Source: Eledone cirrhosa | Lineage: Eukaryota | Direction of reading: 5' to 3' | Assembly (NCBI GenBank): GCA_964016885.1 | Contig: OZ024741.1 | Location: 121,892,001-121,956,000, forward strand | Length of the DNA stretch: 64,000 nucleotides | Shown here: one piece after another, positions 1 to 12,988 of the stretch | Position numbering within the stretch: position 1 is the first letter of the stretch | Layout: every line of letters starts with the position of its first letter | Made by a program: the position numbers and the translations under genes | The notes under the pieces: generated by a model | Seen by the model: only the letters and a program-made list of their open reading frames with translations | Databases searched by the model: none | Told to the model about the DNA's origin: nothing

Positions 1-84
<84 letters not shown>

Positions 85-677
85 ATTTACATATAGATAA
101 AGTCATAGATATATATGTGGCAACCGGTCACGTTGTGGCTCAATGAAGAATTAATAAATTAAATAATCAGAGCAATATATCATAAATCATGTCCTTAGAA
201 TTATTAGATAAAATATTACAATTTCCTCTCCCAATTAGCATAATTAACCATATAAAAAATCAATTAGACCAGGCTATAAGAATAAAGGCTCCTATGAAGA
301 AATATTTGATAAATAACCGAAAGCGGCCTCTTCGCGGTGACCCCAATAGAGTATTTATCCAACATTTCAACAGCATGTAGAAACTGACTAAATATACCGT
401 CAACCATACTCAATTAAGTGTAAATTTAAACTTAGAAGAAACGTGTACATACCGTAATTACATCTCTACCATGGTTTCGTCCGTATTTTTAGGAGCCTTT
501 ATTCTTATAGCCTGGTCTAATTGATTTTTATATGGTTAATTATGGTAATTGGGAGAAGAAATGGTATATATTTTATCTAATAATTCTAAGGACATGATTT
601 ATTATATATATATATATATATATATATTATAAAATAACAGGAGGCTGGACTGGTGTAAATCCTTGAAAGGTTTATTA

Positions 678-733
678 TACTATGATCATTTCAATGACCG
701 GGTTCAGTATGAATCCGGTGACATCATCAGGTA
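678..733 (-). ncRNA. Minimal type-I hammerhead ribozyme motif (Penelope-like pLTR)
   Basis: Minus strand: UAC-CUGAUGA-uguc[accggauuca uac ugaacccggu]cauu-GAAA-UGAUCA-UA^GUA. Palindromic helix III AUGAUCAU, 3-bp helix I. Confidence 0.7.
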
Positions 734-975
734 ATTCAAAATATAACAAAGGCATATAACAGATAAAATCCATGGGGCTGAAAATCAGAGACAAGAGGAC
801 GACCGACTATTTAGCAGCTTCTACTTCTGTCGGCCGCCCTCAAGTTGTGAGGGCGGCCGACAGAGGTAGAAGACGGGTACTTTTCTAGTATATATACATA
901 TATACATGTACACACAAACTCACTCACACGCAGGTACACACACACACACACAGACACACACACATATATATATAT

Positions 976-1029
<54 letters not shown>

Positions 1030-1048
1030 ATGTATGTATATATATATG

Positions 1049-1150
<102 letters not shown>

Positions 1151-1308
1151 TATTTCGTTGACAAATATATCAATATGCCCAGACATATAGATATATTGCC
1201 CTTGGTATGACAGTGTGGTTTTAGCTCAATATAGGATAACTAGTATACTACAGAGCCGTTATAGTTATAGGAATAACCAAAGAGTGCTTAGAGATACATT
1301 TTTTTATT

Positions 1309-1355
1309 AGCTAACAGTGTTTCATCCATACACCATGCCAGGAATCCTCAGAGCC
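1309..1355 (-). ncRNA. Minimal hammerhead ribozyme motif
   Basis: Minus: GGCU-CUGAGGA-uucc...ggau-GAAA-CACUG-UU^AGCU. Helix I GGCU/AGCU. Confidence 0.55.
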
Positions 1356-2550
1356 TATAAACATGAGTATATCAGTAGTTGCATGCTCCATCGAGCTGCT
1401 TCACCAGAACAAGGTTAAATGACCAGCATGGGGTCCCGAGGCCAGCGCTATATGGAAAAAGACAGATTATATGATGCACATAATGTCATAAAATGTCTTA
1501 AAAGTTTAAAAATAAAAAATTTAAAAATTACACCAAAAATGTATCACTTAAATGGTGCAATAGATGCTAAAGAGATTGGGAGAGGGTAGCAAGGGATGAG
1601 TGAGGGTAATACTCAGCATGATCAGAAACAATAAGAAAATAATAAAAAAATAATAATAATAAAGTATAAAAATAAAGTACAAAAAAACCACGTGGCGGAA
1701 ATATAAATAACATAGCTGTCATTGACAGGTTTGGTTGTGAGTTATCCCTTCTATATATATCTATATATTCTACAGAAATTTGCACTCACTATAATAAACC
1801 CGCCTATTATTATAACAATATATGCTCATTCTGCCATATGTAATTCTGGAAGCGGAGTTTCCTGTATACACTTTTTCTCTATATGTAACGGGATTGCCAT
1901 CACAACTTGTATTTACTGTGGTACAGTTGTATGCGGTGCGATACATTGGTTGAACGCCAACTTGGGCATACAGTGAATTTCACCTGACACGTTGGATTGA
2001 GCGACCAAATGTTTTCAATTTCCTCACATCTGTGCCGGCTGTATATGTGCCATACATCTCTTTAACTCGTCGTACTTTCTTTTATTTTTTATTGTAGATT
2101 TTAGGTGTATATCCCAGACCGCCTATGGTGATAAATCCCCTGGGTATAGGTTTTGGAAAAATAGTGTTATTTCACTTAACGTTCGGAACTGGAACATATC
2201 GATGTGGTTCGTAGGGTGCGGATATGATAAGGAGAATCGACCTGTTACAAGGCGATATAATTGGAGTACACCATCCCTCATATGGACTATCATAAATGTA
2301 AGGCTGCACCACTGCTAACCAACTATTCTTTTCACAGATTCATGTTAACAAACTCTCTTGATCTGCCTGTACACCCTCTTTTTGCACTGCTTGTGCTCTG
2401 ATGCATCTATGCTTTGCTTTGTCTTATATTTTTTTTTTTTGGGGGGGGGGGGTTCTGGGCTTTTTGTTCCTTTACTGTTTTGTATTTTTATATTTATCTC
2501 TTTTCTTATCCCTGTATTTTGGTACGTTCAACAATCTGGCAGGAAGGTAT

Positions 2551-2593
2551 ACGTTGCTGACGATAGCTAATAAGCTTGAAACTAGTACAGCGT
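2551..2593 (+). ncRNA. Minimal hammerhead ribozyme motif
   Basis: ACGUUG-CUGACGA-u[agcu aaua agcu]u-GAAA-CUAG-UA^CAGCGU. 6-bp helix I, palindromic helix III ACUAGU. Confidence 0.75.
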
Positions 2594-2855
2594 TCCTTTG
2601 TCAGTGTTGAACAAACGAGCAACGATGGTTGCTAGACACTACGGCTTAATACGGGATGTTTGTTTACAAACACACCGAGCATTATAATAAATGTTCGGTG
2701 AATCCATACGTACATATATATATGTGTGCATGTATGTATATATATATACATACTACTGTACGTCTGTATACATATATGTATGTACGTGTACATACTTATA
2801 TTTAAGTAACAGCCGTACTAAGAATGGGAAATGAAATTTCGTTTCATTTTTTTCC

Positions 2856-2931
<76 letters not shown>

Positions 2932-3341
2932 TCATATATTTTTCAAAATATACATTGATCCATAAATAAATACATCATTTTTATAAAAGGCATTAAATGA
3001 ACTAGGAAATATTTGTGTGATTTTGTTCACAATAATAAAATTACTTTTATCTTTTCTTACAAACAAAACTGTTAACTAATGAGGTATGTGCCAACAGGTG
3101 CGTAATAAGGTAATTAATATGATAATTTATTACGATTATTTATATAATGAATGATATGGTAATTAAGCGATATTCATAGCAAATTGGAATAATCGTATAA
3201 ATAGATGGGATGACTGTCTGATCTTTGAAAACTATATATATCTGAAGAGTTCATGTAGGGCAGCTGTTATACAACTACCATACGTCTTCGAAATACTTAT
3301 AACAAAATAAATAGGGATTAATAAATGAAATAAATTTCTTG

Positions 3342-3372
<31 letters not shown>

Positions 3373-3373
<1 letters not shown>

Positions 3374-6054
3374 AGTTGCATTTATCTTGCTTTATGTTCA
3401 TACGAGTTATCACCAAGTCACAACCAGTGACCTCAAGAGACAACAAGGTCCGCCATGTTCAAGAAAGAACATACATATTCACACATGCATCTTTAGTGTT
3501 TAGACTTGTGATGTACTTATATTGACAGAATCTTCCTTAGTATATGGGCAGTTCCCATTAGTACTATCTTTTGTATTTCTCCTATACGCGGGTTTCCTGG
3601 GATTTGCGATAAGTAATCATTAGACCCCTTAGGTATCATTCCCAGAGCGCCTACAACCACTGGTATTGTTTTAGTTCTCAATTTCCACATTTTTCCAATT
3701 TCTATCTCCAGGTCCTTATACTTGCTCAATTTTTCAAATGTTTTTATAGATACATTCTTGTCTATTGGAACAGACATATCAATTAGCAGGCATACCCTCT
3801 TTTGAAAGTCATTCATTATTATATCAGGTCTATTTGCATCTATTTTTCGGTCTGTTTGGATGCTAAAGTTCCACAAGATTGAGATGTGATCTTTTTCAAG
3901 TATGGGAGGTGGTTGATGCTCCCACCAATTCTTTTGATGGGGCAGGTCAAAATGCTTACACATTATCCAATGTATGTATTGTGCAGCTCTGTCATGCCTG
4001 TTTAGGTATTCGGTTGGAGCTATAGGACTGCACATTGAAATTATATGGTCAATGGTCTCTGGTTGTTTTTTGCATACACGGCATAATGCGTTGCATCCAT
4101 TTTTTATTATGTTGGCTTGGTAATTTTTTGTTGGCAGACACTGATCTTGTGCCGATATAATCAGTCCTTCAGTCTCCGATTTCAGTCCAGAGGATGCCAA
4201 CCACTGATGGGTTAAAGTTTTGTCAACATCAGGATTGTTAGCTCGCTCTGGGTATTTTCCATACAGGGGCTTTTCTTGCCATTTCTTAGCCAGTTTCTGT
4301 AGCAGTTCTTTCTTTTCAGTTACTTTTACCTGCTTTGCTTTTTCTGTGTTTTCCATTTCAGCAGTAAATGGGACTTCTGAAATTTGTAGTCCATTACTGT
4401 ATCTTTGTGCATCTTTTGTAATGGAATATGATCTTTTGATGCTTTCGTGTTTCAAAACGAGTTTGATCATCCAATCATGTGATTCCCTTAGATATGTAGA
4501 TAATCCAATTGTTGCAGTTTTCAACGCAATGTCTAACTGGATTAACCCACGTCCTCCTTTCCTAGGGAGATATATTCTATCTATATCTGCCTTAGGGTGA
4601 AGCATTCTGTGCATGGTTAAGAATTTTCGAATTTTTGTATCGAGCCTACGGATCTCTGTGCTTGACCAGTTGATGACATTGTAACTGTAGGTTACTACTG
4701 GTATGGCAAGCGTGTTTATGGCATCGATCCTATTCCTTGCATTCAATTCCGTTCTTAAGATTGCTCTTACTCTGCGGTAACATTCCTTCCTTATCCTTTC
4801 CTTCATTGTCGAGTGCTTGATTCCATCTCCTTCACAAACACCTAGATATTTGTAAGTTTTTTCTTGATCAAGTTCTCTTATCACGTTCCCCCGATCAAGA
4901 TTAATGTCTGAACTCTTCAGCAGCTTTCCTCTGGTGAACGTTGCTTTGGCGCATTTATCCTGTCCAAACTCCATTTTAATGTCATCACTGAATTGCTTCA
5001 CAGTGGATAATAGCCCTTGCAATTGTTCATCATTTTTTGCAAATAGTTTCAGGTCATCCATGTAGAACAGGTGATTAATGGTTTTGTCATAGACTTTATA
5101 TCCATGTTTTGTTTCATTGAGCATTTTACTTAATGGTATAAGTGCGATGCAGAATAAAAGTGGTGATAAAGAGTCACCCTGAAAAATTCCACAATTAATA
5201 TTAACTTCTCCAGCTTCCAGTGATTTTGTTTCACTATTCAAAAGGAGTGTCGTTTTCCATGTCTTCATACTGAATGACAAAAACCTCCTGACAACGGGGG
5301 ATATTTTGAAAATCTCTAAACATTTTTCAATCCAACTGTGTGGCAAACTATCGAATGCTTTTTTATAATCTATCCAAGCAATCGATAGATTTTTGTGTCT
5401 ATTATGACAATCTTCCAGTATCATTTTGTTAACCAGAAGCTGATCCTTACAGCCATATGAGCCTCGTTTACACCCTTTCTGCTCAATGGGAAATAGGTCA
5501 TTTGTTATCAGGTGGTCATATGTGTATTCAGTTAGGACTGATGTTAAAATGTTATACATTGTGGTCAAGCAAGTTATCGGTCTGTAATTTTTGGGATTGT
5601 TTGTCTCATCATTCTTCGGAAGCAGGAATGTAATGCCGTTAACTAGCCATGATGGTATCTTTTCTGGCTCCTTAACTATTTCATTGTAAAGTTGGGCTAA
5701 CAGCTCATGAGACTCTGTGAAGGCATTTATCCAAAAGTTTTGTATTTTGTCTTTTCCTGGGGATTTCCATTTGTTGGTTTTTCTTAGAGCTAAGCGCAAC
5801 TGTTCAACTGTTATATTTTCCCATATTTGTTCCTCAAGGTGAGCTGCATCTTTCATTTGTCTGTCTATCCATGAGGCATGTATGTTATGAACTTTTTCTT
5901 CCGCCCAGATCTTTTCCCAGAATTCTTGCACTTCCTCCTTGGGTGGTATTGATTTAGCAGTTATTGTTGACTTACCAATTTTTCTGTAGAAGTTTCTTTG
6001 GTTGTTTTTGAACATATTATTGTCTGTAGAAGTTTCTTTGGTTGTTTTTGAACA

Positions 6055-6057
<3 letters not shown>
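3373..6057 (-). mobile_element. 5'-truncated Dong/R4-clade non-LTR retrotransposon (RT + CCHC + RLE)
   Basis: Open ORF 3517-6015, short 3' UTR, and (TTA)n runs on both flanks (3345-3372 and 6055-6091). Dong-type elements are known to target TAA repeats. Confidence 0.88.
3517..6015 (-). CDS. Reverse transcriptase / restriction-like endonuclease ORF (N-terminally truncated)
   Basis: 832 aa uninterrupted. RT motifs NYRPITCL, IDYKKAFDS, GIFQGDSLSPLLF, FYMDDLKL; zinc knuckle CRVC..ETIDHIISMC; RLE motifs RHD, RPDII, LIDMSVP, KLSKYKDL. Confidence 0.92.
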   Translation of the reverse strand: MFKNNQRNFYRKIGKSTITAKSIPPKEEVQEFWEKIWAEEKVHNIHASWIDRQMKDAAHLEEQIWENITVEQLRLALRKTNKWKSPGKDKIQNFWINAFTESHELLAQLYNEIVKEPEKIPSWLVNGITFLLPKNDETNNPKNYRPITCLTTMYNILTSVLTEYTYDHLITNDLFPIEQKGCKRGSYGCKDQLLVNKMILEDCHNRHKNLSIAWIDYKKAFDSLPHSWIEKCLEIFKISPVVRRFLSFSMKTWKTTLLLNSETKSLEAGEVNINCGIFQGDSLSPLLFCIALIPLSKMLNETKHGYKVYDKTINHLFYMDDLKLFAKNDEQLQGLLSTVKQFSDDIKMEFGQDKCAKATFTRGKLLKSSDINLDRGNVIRELDQEKTYKYLGVCEGDGIKHSTMKERIRKECYRRVRAILRTELNARNRIDAINTLAIPVVTYSYNVINWSSTEIRRLDTKIRKFLTMHRMLHPKADIDRIYLPRKGGRGLIQLDIALKTATIGLSTYLRESHDWMIKLVLKHESIKRSYSITKDAQRYSNGLQISEVPFTAEMENTEKAKQVKVTEKKELLQKLAKKWQEKPLYGKYPERANNPDVDKTLTHQWLASSGLKSETEGLIISAQDQCLPTKNYQANIIKNGCNALCRVCKKQPETIDHIISMCSPIAPTEYLNRHDRAAQYIHWIMCKHFDLPHQKNWWEHQPPPILEKDHISILWNFSIQTDRKIDANRPDIIMNDFQKRVCLLIDMSVPIDKNVSIKTFEKLSKYKDLEIEIGKMWKLRTKTIPVVVGALGMIPKGSNDYLSQIPGNPRIGEIQKIVLMGTAHILRKILSI

Positions 6058-6091
<34 letters not shown>

Positions 6092-6302
6092 GGCGACCTA
6101 CGTAGTAAATCGTATCATCGTGAGCTCCGCAAAGGTTTGTTATTTTCAGTTGTTCATGGAAAATTCATGGAAAATTTTATTGTTAACTGTATATAAGTGT
6201 ACATACATTGTTATCTGAAAAGGACACCCAAAAAGATTGGGGCCTTGAGCCCGAAATTTAAACTTTTATAATTATCAAACAAATATTTTCCTTTGAAACA
6301 TC

Positions 6303-7373
6303 ATGGCTGACTCAGAGTTACTCCTTTCTCACAAACTAAGACCTCACACCGACACCACCATTGTAAATATTACTACGTTTGCCAACACTAAAAAAAAATT
6401 AAGCAGTAGCAATATTTTAAATTTGTCTCAGGCAGACATTCATTTCCCGCCATTACCAATGACTGCAGGTGTTAAAGCCGCCACCACCACCGCGACAACC
6501 CCCCCCCCCACCACCGCGACAACAGAAACAAAAGAAAAATATAAATTAACTCGTGATATCGAAATGAATTCAACCAAAATGAACTCTTCCACAACGAACA
6601 CCACTGACGCCACCACCACCACAACTGAAACTAAAATTAATAACAACAAAAATAACGATAACAACAACAGCAACAATGACATTAAGAAAACCACCCTGAG
6701 TTTTGCCAGAGTAGCAAAACAGTGCGAATCATTTCAGGTAACTCAGGAGGAATTAGAAGAAGCCAAAAAAATGGTAAAGAAAGATGGGTACAGGGTCAGC
6801 CCCCCTCCCCACTTAATAAAATGGAGCATTGGTGCCTATGCACCGTGTCTTATCGAACAATTAATATAAAATCGCGCCGAGTGGAACGGGCATCCGAGTC
6901 CCAAATCCAAAAAGCTTTGGGACATGTGAGGGCAAAAAAACCCCACATCAGACGTGGGCAGAAGTATGGAACCGTGGACGTGTTCTTTGAAACACCACAG
7001 GAGGCTAGAGAACACTCCATGGCCCCATTAAGAAGTGACGACTTCACACTCGTCCCAAGCTATTGTGGCAGAGACTCGTAAAGATCAGGGTCACCCACGT
7101 TCCACCGGCCATCGAAATTCCCTGGCTAATAGCTGCCGTCCTCGCCAGCATCGAAGCCAACACCAAGATAATCGAAATAGCGAAAGAAAAGCAGGAGAAC
7201 TGGTCCGGATCTGGGATGGAGCTCCTGATCCAAGCGGACCAAAAAAGCATTGAGGAGATCCCAGAGGTAATAGACCTCACTGACGGCAGCCACCTCAACG
7301 TAATTGTCGAGGGCTGAAGGCCTAGGTGTGTCGTTTGTGGGGAAGGAACCCACCTAAGTGCTTTCTGCCCTTA
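6303..7373 (+). pseudogene. Tx1-like ORF1 (gag-like, zinc knuckle), frameshifted
   Basis: Pieces 6303-6869, 6722-7081 and 7063-7317, then CVVCGEGTHLSAFC (CX2CX4HX4C) at about 7327-7368. Pro/Thr-rich continuation to about 7900. Confidence 0.7.
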
Positions 7374-7919
7374 GGCTAAAAGGTTGAGGCCACCTCTCCT
7401 ACCCACCTCAGTGACACAACCATCAACACCACCAGCAGCAGAGATGGCAGCAACAACTGTAGCAGCAACAGAAGCAACTGTAACAGCAACAACCCCAGCA
7501 ACAGTAGCAAAACCAACACCACCACCAACCAACGCGCCAGAACTAGCACCAGCGCCTACACCACCCACCACGCCACAACCAAAACTAACGCCTGTGGAGG
7601 ATTTTCCACTCGCCGGTCTATCACAACTGGAGACAGATTGTGACGACGAGGAGTGGGAAACGGTATCAGGAAAAAAAAAGAAATCAAAAAAGAAAGAATT
7701 CTCTTCCTTCCCCTCCAAAAACAAAATACAGAGGGAAACAAATAAACTATCATACAAAAAGGTTAGGACAGATATGCCACCATCCATACCAGCATCAACA
7801 ACCCCATCACCCCAAACACCAACACCATCACCATCATTAACCCCAACACCACCATCACCAACACCAAAAAGCGAAACAGAAACGAACGCACAACAAACAG
7901 AAACAAAACAAAACAGCCA

Positions 7920-10900
7920 AAACGGCGGCTACGATGTGTACGCATCTCCCAGCCCTCCGGGATCGGGGGGGGGGGGGGTAGGGGGGGGGGAGTTGCTGTG
8001 CTTTTTCGGAGAGGTTTGGATCTTGCCATACGGGCCATCTTCCTGGACCCAGAAGGTAAGTTGGTGGTGCTGGAAGTGACCAGCGGAGACGGGCAAGCTT
8101 TCAGGTTAGTGGCCGTCTATGCCCCGACAGGAGCAGGGCGGCCTGATTTCTTCCGGCGTCTGGAGACCTTTCTTGGAACGTTCAGCTCTTTAGTGTTAGT
8201 GGGCAACTGGAACGGGATCTTAGATGCACGCTGGGATTGTGTGACAGGTACCGAATGGATTTCCAGAATGTACCAATGTGGACTTGGACAAATCGGATAG
8301 GGTCATCCAGATCATATCTAGATAGAGTATTTTGTAGGGAAATAGATAGGTATAGCATAGGCTGTCCACAATTCAAGATAGTCAGCTACACGGACCACAA
8401 ATTCGTGATCTGTGTGCTTGACTTAGATAGTCTTCATAGACGAGGACCCGGCTACTGGAAGCTAAACGCGTCCTTACCAGCGCGCAAGACCTACAGAGAC
8501 CGGATTAGCGAACTAGTTAAGCGGGCGTTGACGGGGGCCATCGTTAACAACAAGTGGTGGTTTGCTATGAAAAGAGCAATTAGAATAGAGTCCATTAGGT
8601 TTAGTAAGGCTTTAGCAATAGAGAAAAATAGAGCAGAGGGAGAATTAGTTAGAAAATTAGACGAGGCGCTTAGCAAAGGCATCGCGACCGACGTACTTGC
8701 GGCGAAATTGGCCCTTGACCAATTCTTCAATGCAAAGCACGAAGGCTGCGTTGTCAGAGCTAGGGTGCGTGCTCTCAGACAAGAGGGGACGAAAGCCGTT
8801 CAATGGGCCCGAGTGGCGGAGGCGCGTTGTAGCAATAAAGCCACGATCCGGTCTTTGGTGGACCACGACGGGCGCATGCTACTCGATCCCGGGCAAATGT
8901 GTGAAGCTTTTCAGCGACACTTCGCTCAACTGTTCGGGGGCAGTGGCGGACCGGATCGAGGGATGGACTTTAGTATCTACCTCGACGGACTGCCGCGGCT
9001 TTCGGCCACTGAGGCGGAGTGTTGCGAAAAGCCGATAACAACCGCTGAAGTACGGGAGGCAATGACTGGCTGCACAAGGGGTAAATCGCCTGGTTTGGAT
9101 GATCTGCCCTATGAACTGTACGTACAAATGCCAGACTTGTTCGGAGGCCTCTTGGCGGACGTCTACTGCAACTGGCAACAGAACGGGAGAATTCTCAGCT
9201 CTGTGAGCCGAGGAGCGGTGGCGCTGCTGAGAAAGGATCCGAACAAGGGGGATAACATAGATAATTTTAGGCCCTTAACTCTGCTAAACACAGAGTTCAA
9301 GATTTTGGCCAAGGTGTTAGCAAAGAGGTTGGCGCTTGTCGTTGGTGGTCTGGTGGGAGAGGCACAGACATGCGCCATTCCCGACAGATCCATCCACGAC
9401 AACCTCCACCTCATGCGATACATCGTAGAGAGGGTAGCTAGAGAACCTGGCACGGGTGGGTCTTTGATCTATTTAGATCATTCGAAAGCCTTCGATAGGG
9501 TCGACCATCGTTACCTAGCGGCAGTCCTGAGGGCGGCTGGCTTTGGGCCCGTCTTCAGAGGCTGGATTGCTGCCATGCACAGCGACATCTGCTCTGTAGT
9601 GAGAGTGAACGGTCACCTTTCGGAACCGTTCAACATCATGCGCTCGGTCCGCCAAGGATGTCCCCTCTCGTCCCTATTGTACGTATTGACTCTCGAGCCA
9701 TTACTGTACAAACTGGAGACGTTGAGGGGGGTCCCGCGCGAACTAGGATGCGGAAGATCCGTGTCAGCATATGCGGACGATGTCACCGTAGTGGTGTCGA
9801 ACGCCAAACACATCGAGGCGATCGGCACTACACTAAGAGAATACGAAGCGGTGACAGGAGCAATGATCAACCAGGAAAAGTCAGTGGGCCTGCAGCTCGG
9901 CACCTGGAGAGGCAGGTCCATGCCGTCCAACAGCGTCGTCGGGCGCTGGACGGACGGACCGGTTAAATTGCTAGGGGTCTGGTTCGGTCCAGACCTCCAG
10001 ACGGACAAAAACTGGGACGAGGTGACGAGCAGGGTGGCTTCTCTCATCCAGAAATGGGCCGAGAGGAAGCTATCCCTGAAAGGTCGAGCGGAGGTGGCTA
10101 ACGCGTACATCGCGTCCGTCATCTACTACCGCCTGACCGTCGTACCTTGTCCTAAGCCTCGCCTGACTGCACTGGAGCGTTTGCTCTTTCGCTTCTTGTG
10201 GAAGGGACGCGCTCCGATGTCAGGCGGTCCATCTGCTGTCAACACCCGCTACGTGGAGGGCTGGGCATGCCGTGGCTGATGATGCGCAGACACGCGCTCA
10301 GGCTACGACATCTCCACCTCTTGCTCGACGGTGATCAGGTGTGGTAGCCGTTTGCTAGACACGTTTTTCCCCAGCTCGTCTCCTTGACGGAGCTGCAGTC
10401 CTGGGTCAAGCGAAGACCGAGAGGGAGCGCTTGGAGACTGGAATGTCTTCAGGCGCTCACAGCCCTCGACCAATCGGGCAATGTGATCGGTGGAAACTCC
10501 ACCTTGGCGTTCTATAGGGGATTAGTAGAGGGGAAGAGCGACGACGTACTTGGAGAAACTCTAGGCGTCGACGAAAATCAACTAGCCAATCTCTTCGGAA
10601 GGGCTTTCGGGCCGGGGCCTATGGACAACTTCCAGAAATCCCTGGCCTGGCAGTGCTACCGGGGAGCTTTGCCAGTTCGGGATAAACTCTACAGGCATGG
10701 AGGTGCCGTCAGTCGGGCATGTCCGAGATGCGCACAGGGCGACGAAACAGTCCTGCACGCACTCGTCCAGTGTCCGAGCATTGCTGACTTGTGGGTTTAT
10801 GTCGAACACCTACTGTCACGTGTAGGACGGATCCAGCTATCAGCTGAGTCCATCGTAAAGATTGCCCCGCCCTGTTCCTTTAGCCAGGAAGGGCAGGCAG

Positions 10901-11136
10901 TTTTTATCTGTCTGGTGACCATGGCGAAAGAGATAGTATGGTGGACACGTTTGAAAGGGCTGAAGACGAGCACTTACCTCTTCGGTGATGCCCTGATTAA
11001 CTTTTTCAAATTTCATTTGAAAAGGAAAATCAGGATAGAGAGGGAAGTGCTCTCTTCCCAGCATTTTGTTGAAAGATGGGTGAGAGAAGCAAGTATGGCT
11101 CGAATGAATGGGCCTTCTCCGAGTATGTGTCTGTAA
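7920..11136 (+). pseudogene. Tx1-like ORF2 (APE endonuclease-RT-CCHC), disrupted
   Basis: APE motifs GVAVLF, VAVYAP, LVGNWN, SYLDR, YTDH, GPGYWKLN. RT motifs FRPLTLLN, KAFDRVDH, VRQGCPLS, AYADD. C-terminal CPRC..ETVLHALVQC. Deletions in the EN domain, frameshift near 10220, stop near 10345. Confidence 0.88.
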
Positions 11137-11405
11137 ATTAAAGGTGGAAAACTGGGAGAGGGCACTTGCCCTGGTGGTCAGGGTCACTGTGGTCTTTTAA
11201 TGGGCTTTCTCCACAAATGTCCCTCGGAAGTCTCCCCCCTATTGGGGAATTTTTCTTTGTTATTTTATTACATCCATTGTTTTTTTACACGCAGAAATGC
11301 CCATTTGTACCGTCCTGTATTGTCCTGTACTGTCCTTAATGTCTACTTAATGTAAACCCTTGTGGTTAATAAAGAAAACATTATTATTATTATTATTATT
11401 ATTAT

Positions 11406-11511
11406 AAAATAAAGTACCAGTAATGCACTGGGTAATTTTCTGGCCTTGTGTTTAAAGTAGAAACAATTATTATTATTATTATTATTATTGTTTATTATTA
11501 TTATTATTATT
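11406..11511 (+). mobile_element. 3' fragment of the main SINE family with (ATT)n tail
   Basis: aaaataaagtaccagtaatgcactgggt...tagaaacaattattatt matches the 3' end of the SINE at 19097. Confidence 0.75.
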
Positions 11512-11512
11512 A

Positions 11513-12986
11513 GGCGGTGACAGGAGCAATGATCAACCAGGAAATGTCGGTCAACCAGCAGCTCGGCACCTGGAGAGGCAGCTCCATGACCTCCAACAGC
11601 GTTGTCGGCTGCTGGACGGAGGGACCGGTTAATTTGCTAGGGGTCTGGTTCGGTCCGGACCTCCAGACGGACAAAAACTGCGAGGTGACCAGAAATGGGC
11701 CGAGAGGAAGCTATCCATGAAAGGTCGAGTGGAGGTGGAGAACGCGTCCGTCATCTACTACCGCCTGACCGGCGTGCCTTGTCTAAGCCTTCCCTGACTG
11801 CGCTGGAACGTTTGCTCTTTCGCTTCTTGTGGAAATGACGCGCTCTGATAGTGAGGTGGTCTATCTGCTGTCAACACGCGCTACGCGGAGGGCTAGGCAT
11901 ACCGTGGCTGATGATGCGCAGACATGCGCTCAGGTTATGGCGTCTCCACCTCTTCCTCGACGGTGATCAGGTGTGGTCGCCGTTTGCTAGACGCGTGTTT
12001 CCCCAGCTCGTCTCCTTAATGGAACTGCAGTCGTGGGTCAAGCGAAGACCAAGAGGGAGCGCTTGGAGACTGGAATGTCATCAGGCGCTTACAGCCCTCA
12101 ACCAGTCGGGCAATGCAATTGGTGGAAACTCCACCTTGGCGTTCTATAGAGTGTTAGTGGAGGGAAAGAGCGACGACGTCTTTGGAGAAACTCTAGGCGT
12201 CGACGAAAATCAACTAGCCAATCTCTTCGGAAGAACTTTTGGGCCGCGGCCCATCGACAACTTCCAGAAATCCCTGTCCTGGCAGTGCTAGCAAGGAGCT
12301 TTGCCAGTTCGGGGTAAATTCTACAGGCATAGAAGTGCCGTCAGCCGGGCCTGTCCGAGATGCGCGCAGGCCGACGAAACCGTCCTCCACGTACTCGCCC
12401 AGTGTCCGAGCATTGCTGATTGTGGGTTTATGTCGAACACCTGCTGTCGCGTGTACGACGGATCCGGCTATCAACTGAGTCCATCATCCGGATTTCCCCG
12501 CCGCCTACCTTTAGCCGGGAAGGGCAGGCAGTTTTTATCTGCTTGGCGGCCATGGTAAAAGAGGTCGTATGGTGGACACGTCTGAAAGGGTTGAAGACGG
12601 GTACCTTCCTCTTCGGTGACGTCCTCTTTAACTTTTTCAGGTTTCACCTGAAAAGGAAAATCAGAGTGGAGAGGGAAGTGCTGCCTTCCAGGCAGTTTGT
12701 TGAAAGGTGGGTGAGAGAGGCAAGAATGGCCTGTGTGAATGGGCCAACCCTGAACGTGTGCCTATTAGGAGGAAAACCGGAAGAGGGCACTTTCCCTAAC
12801 GGTCAGGGTAACCGTGGCTTCTTTAATGGGCTTTCTCCACGAGTGACCTTCCGAAGTCTCCCCTCTATTGGATAATTTTTCCTTGTTTCTTTTTTTGTTA
12901 CATCCTCTGTTTTTGTTTTTTATACGCATAAATGCCCATTTGTACCGTCATGTTTTGTCCTGTGTTGTCCTTAATGTTATACTTTG
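11513..12986 (+). mobile_element. 5'-truncated Tx1-like copy 2
   Basis: Homologous to about 9848-11350, with stops and frameshifts. Begins right after an (ATT)n run. Confidence 0.85.
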
Positions 12987-12988
12987 TG

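Larger units (their letters stand above)
6092..11380 (+). mobile_element. Full-length but decayed Tx1/L1-clade non-LTR retrotransposon
   Basis: Starts GGCG directly after (TAT)n, has ORF1 and ORF2 remnants, and ends AATAAAGAAAAC followed by (ATT)n. Confidence 0.85.

Noticed and set aside
8491-10122. Antisense and alternate-frame ORFs over Tx1 ORF2 (and 4220-4600 over the Dong-like ORF)
   Set aside because: Shadow ORFs of retrotransposon coding sequence with no motifs of their own.
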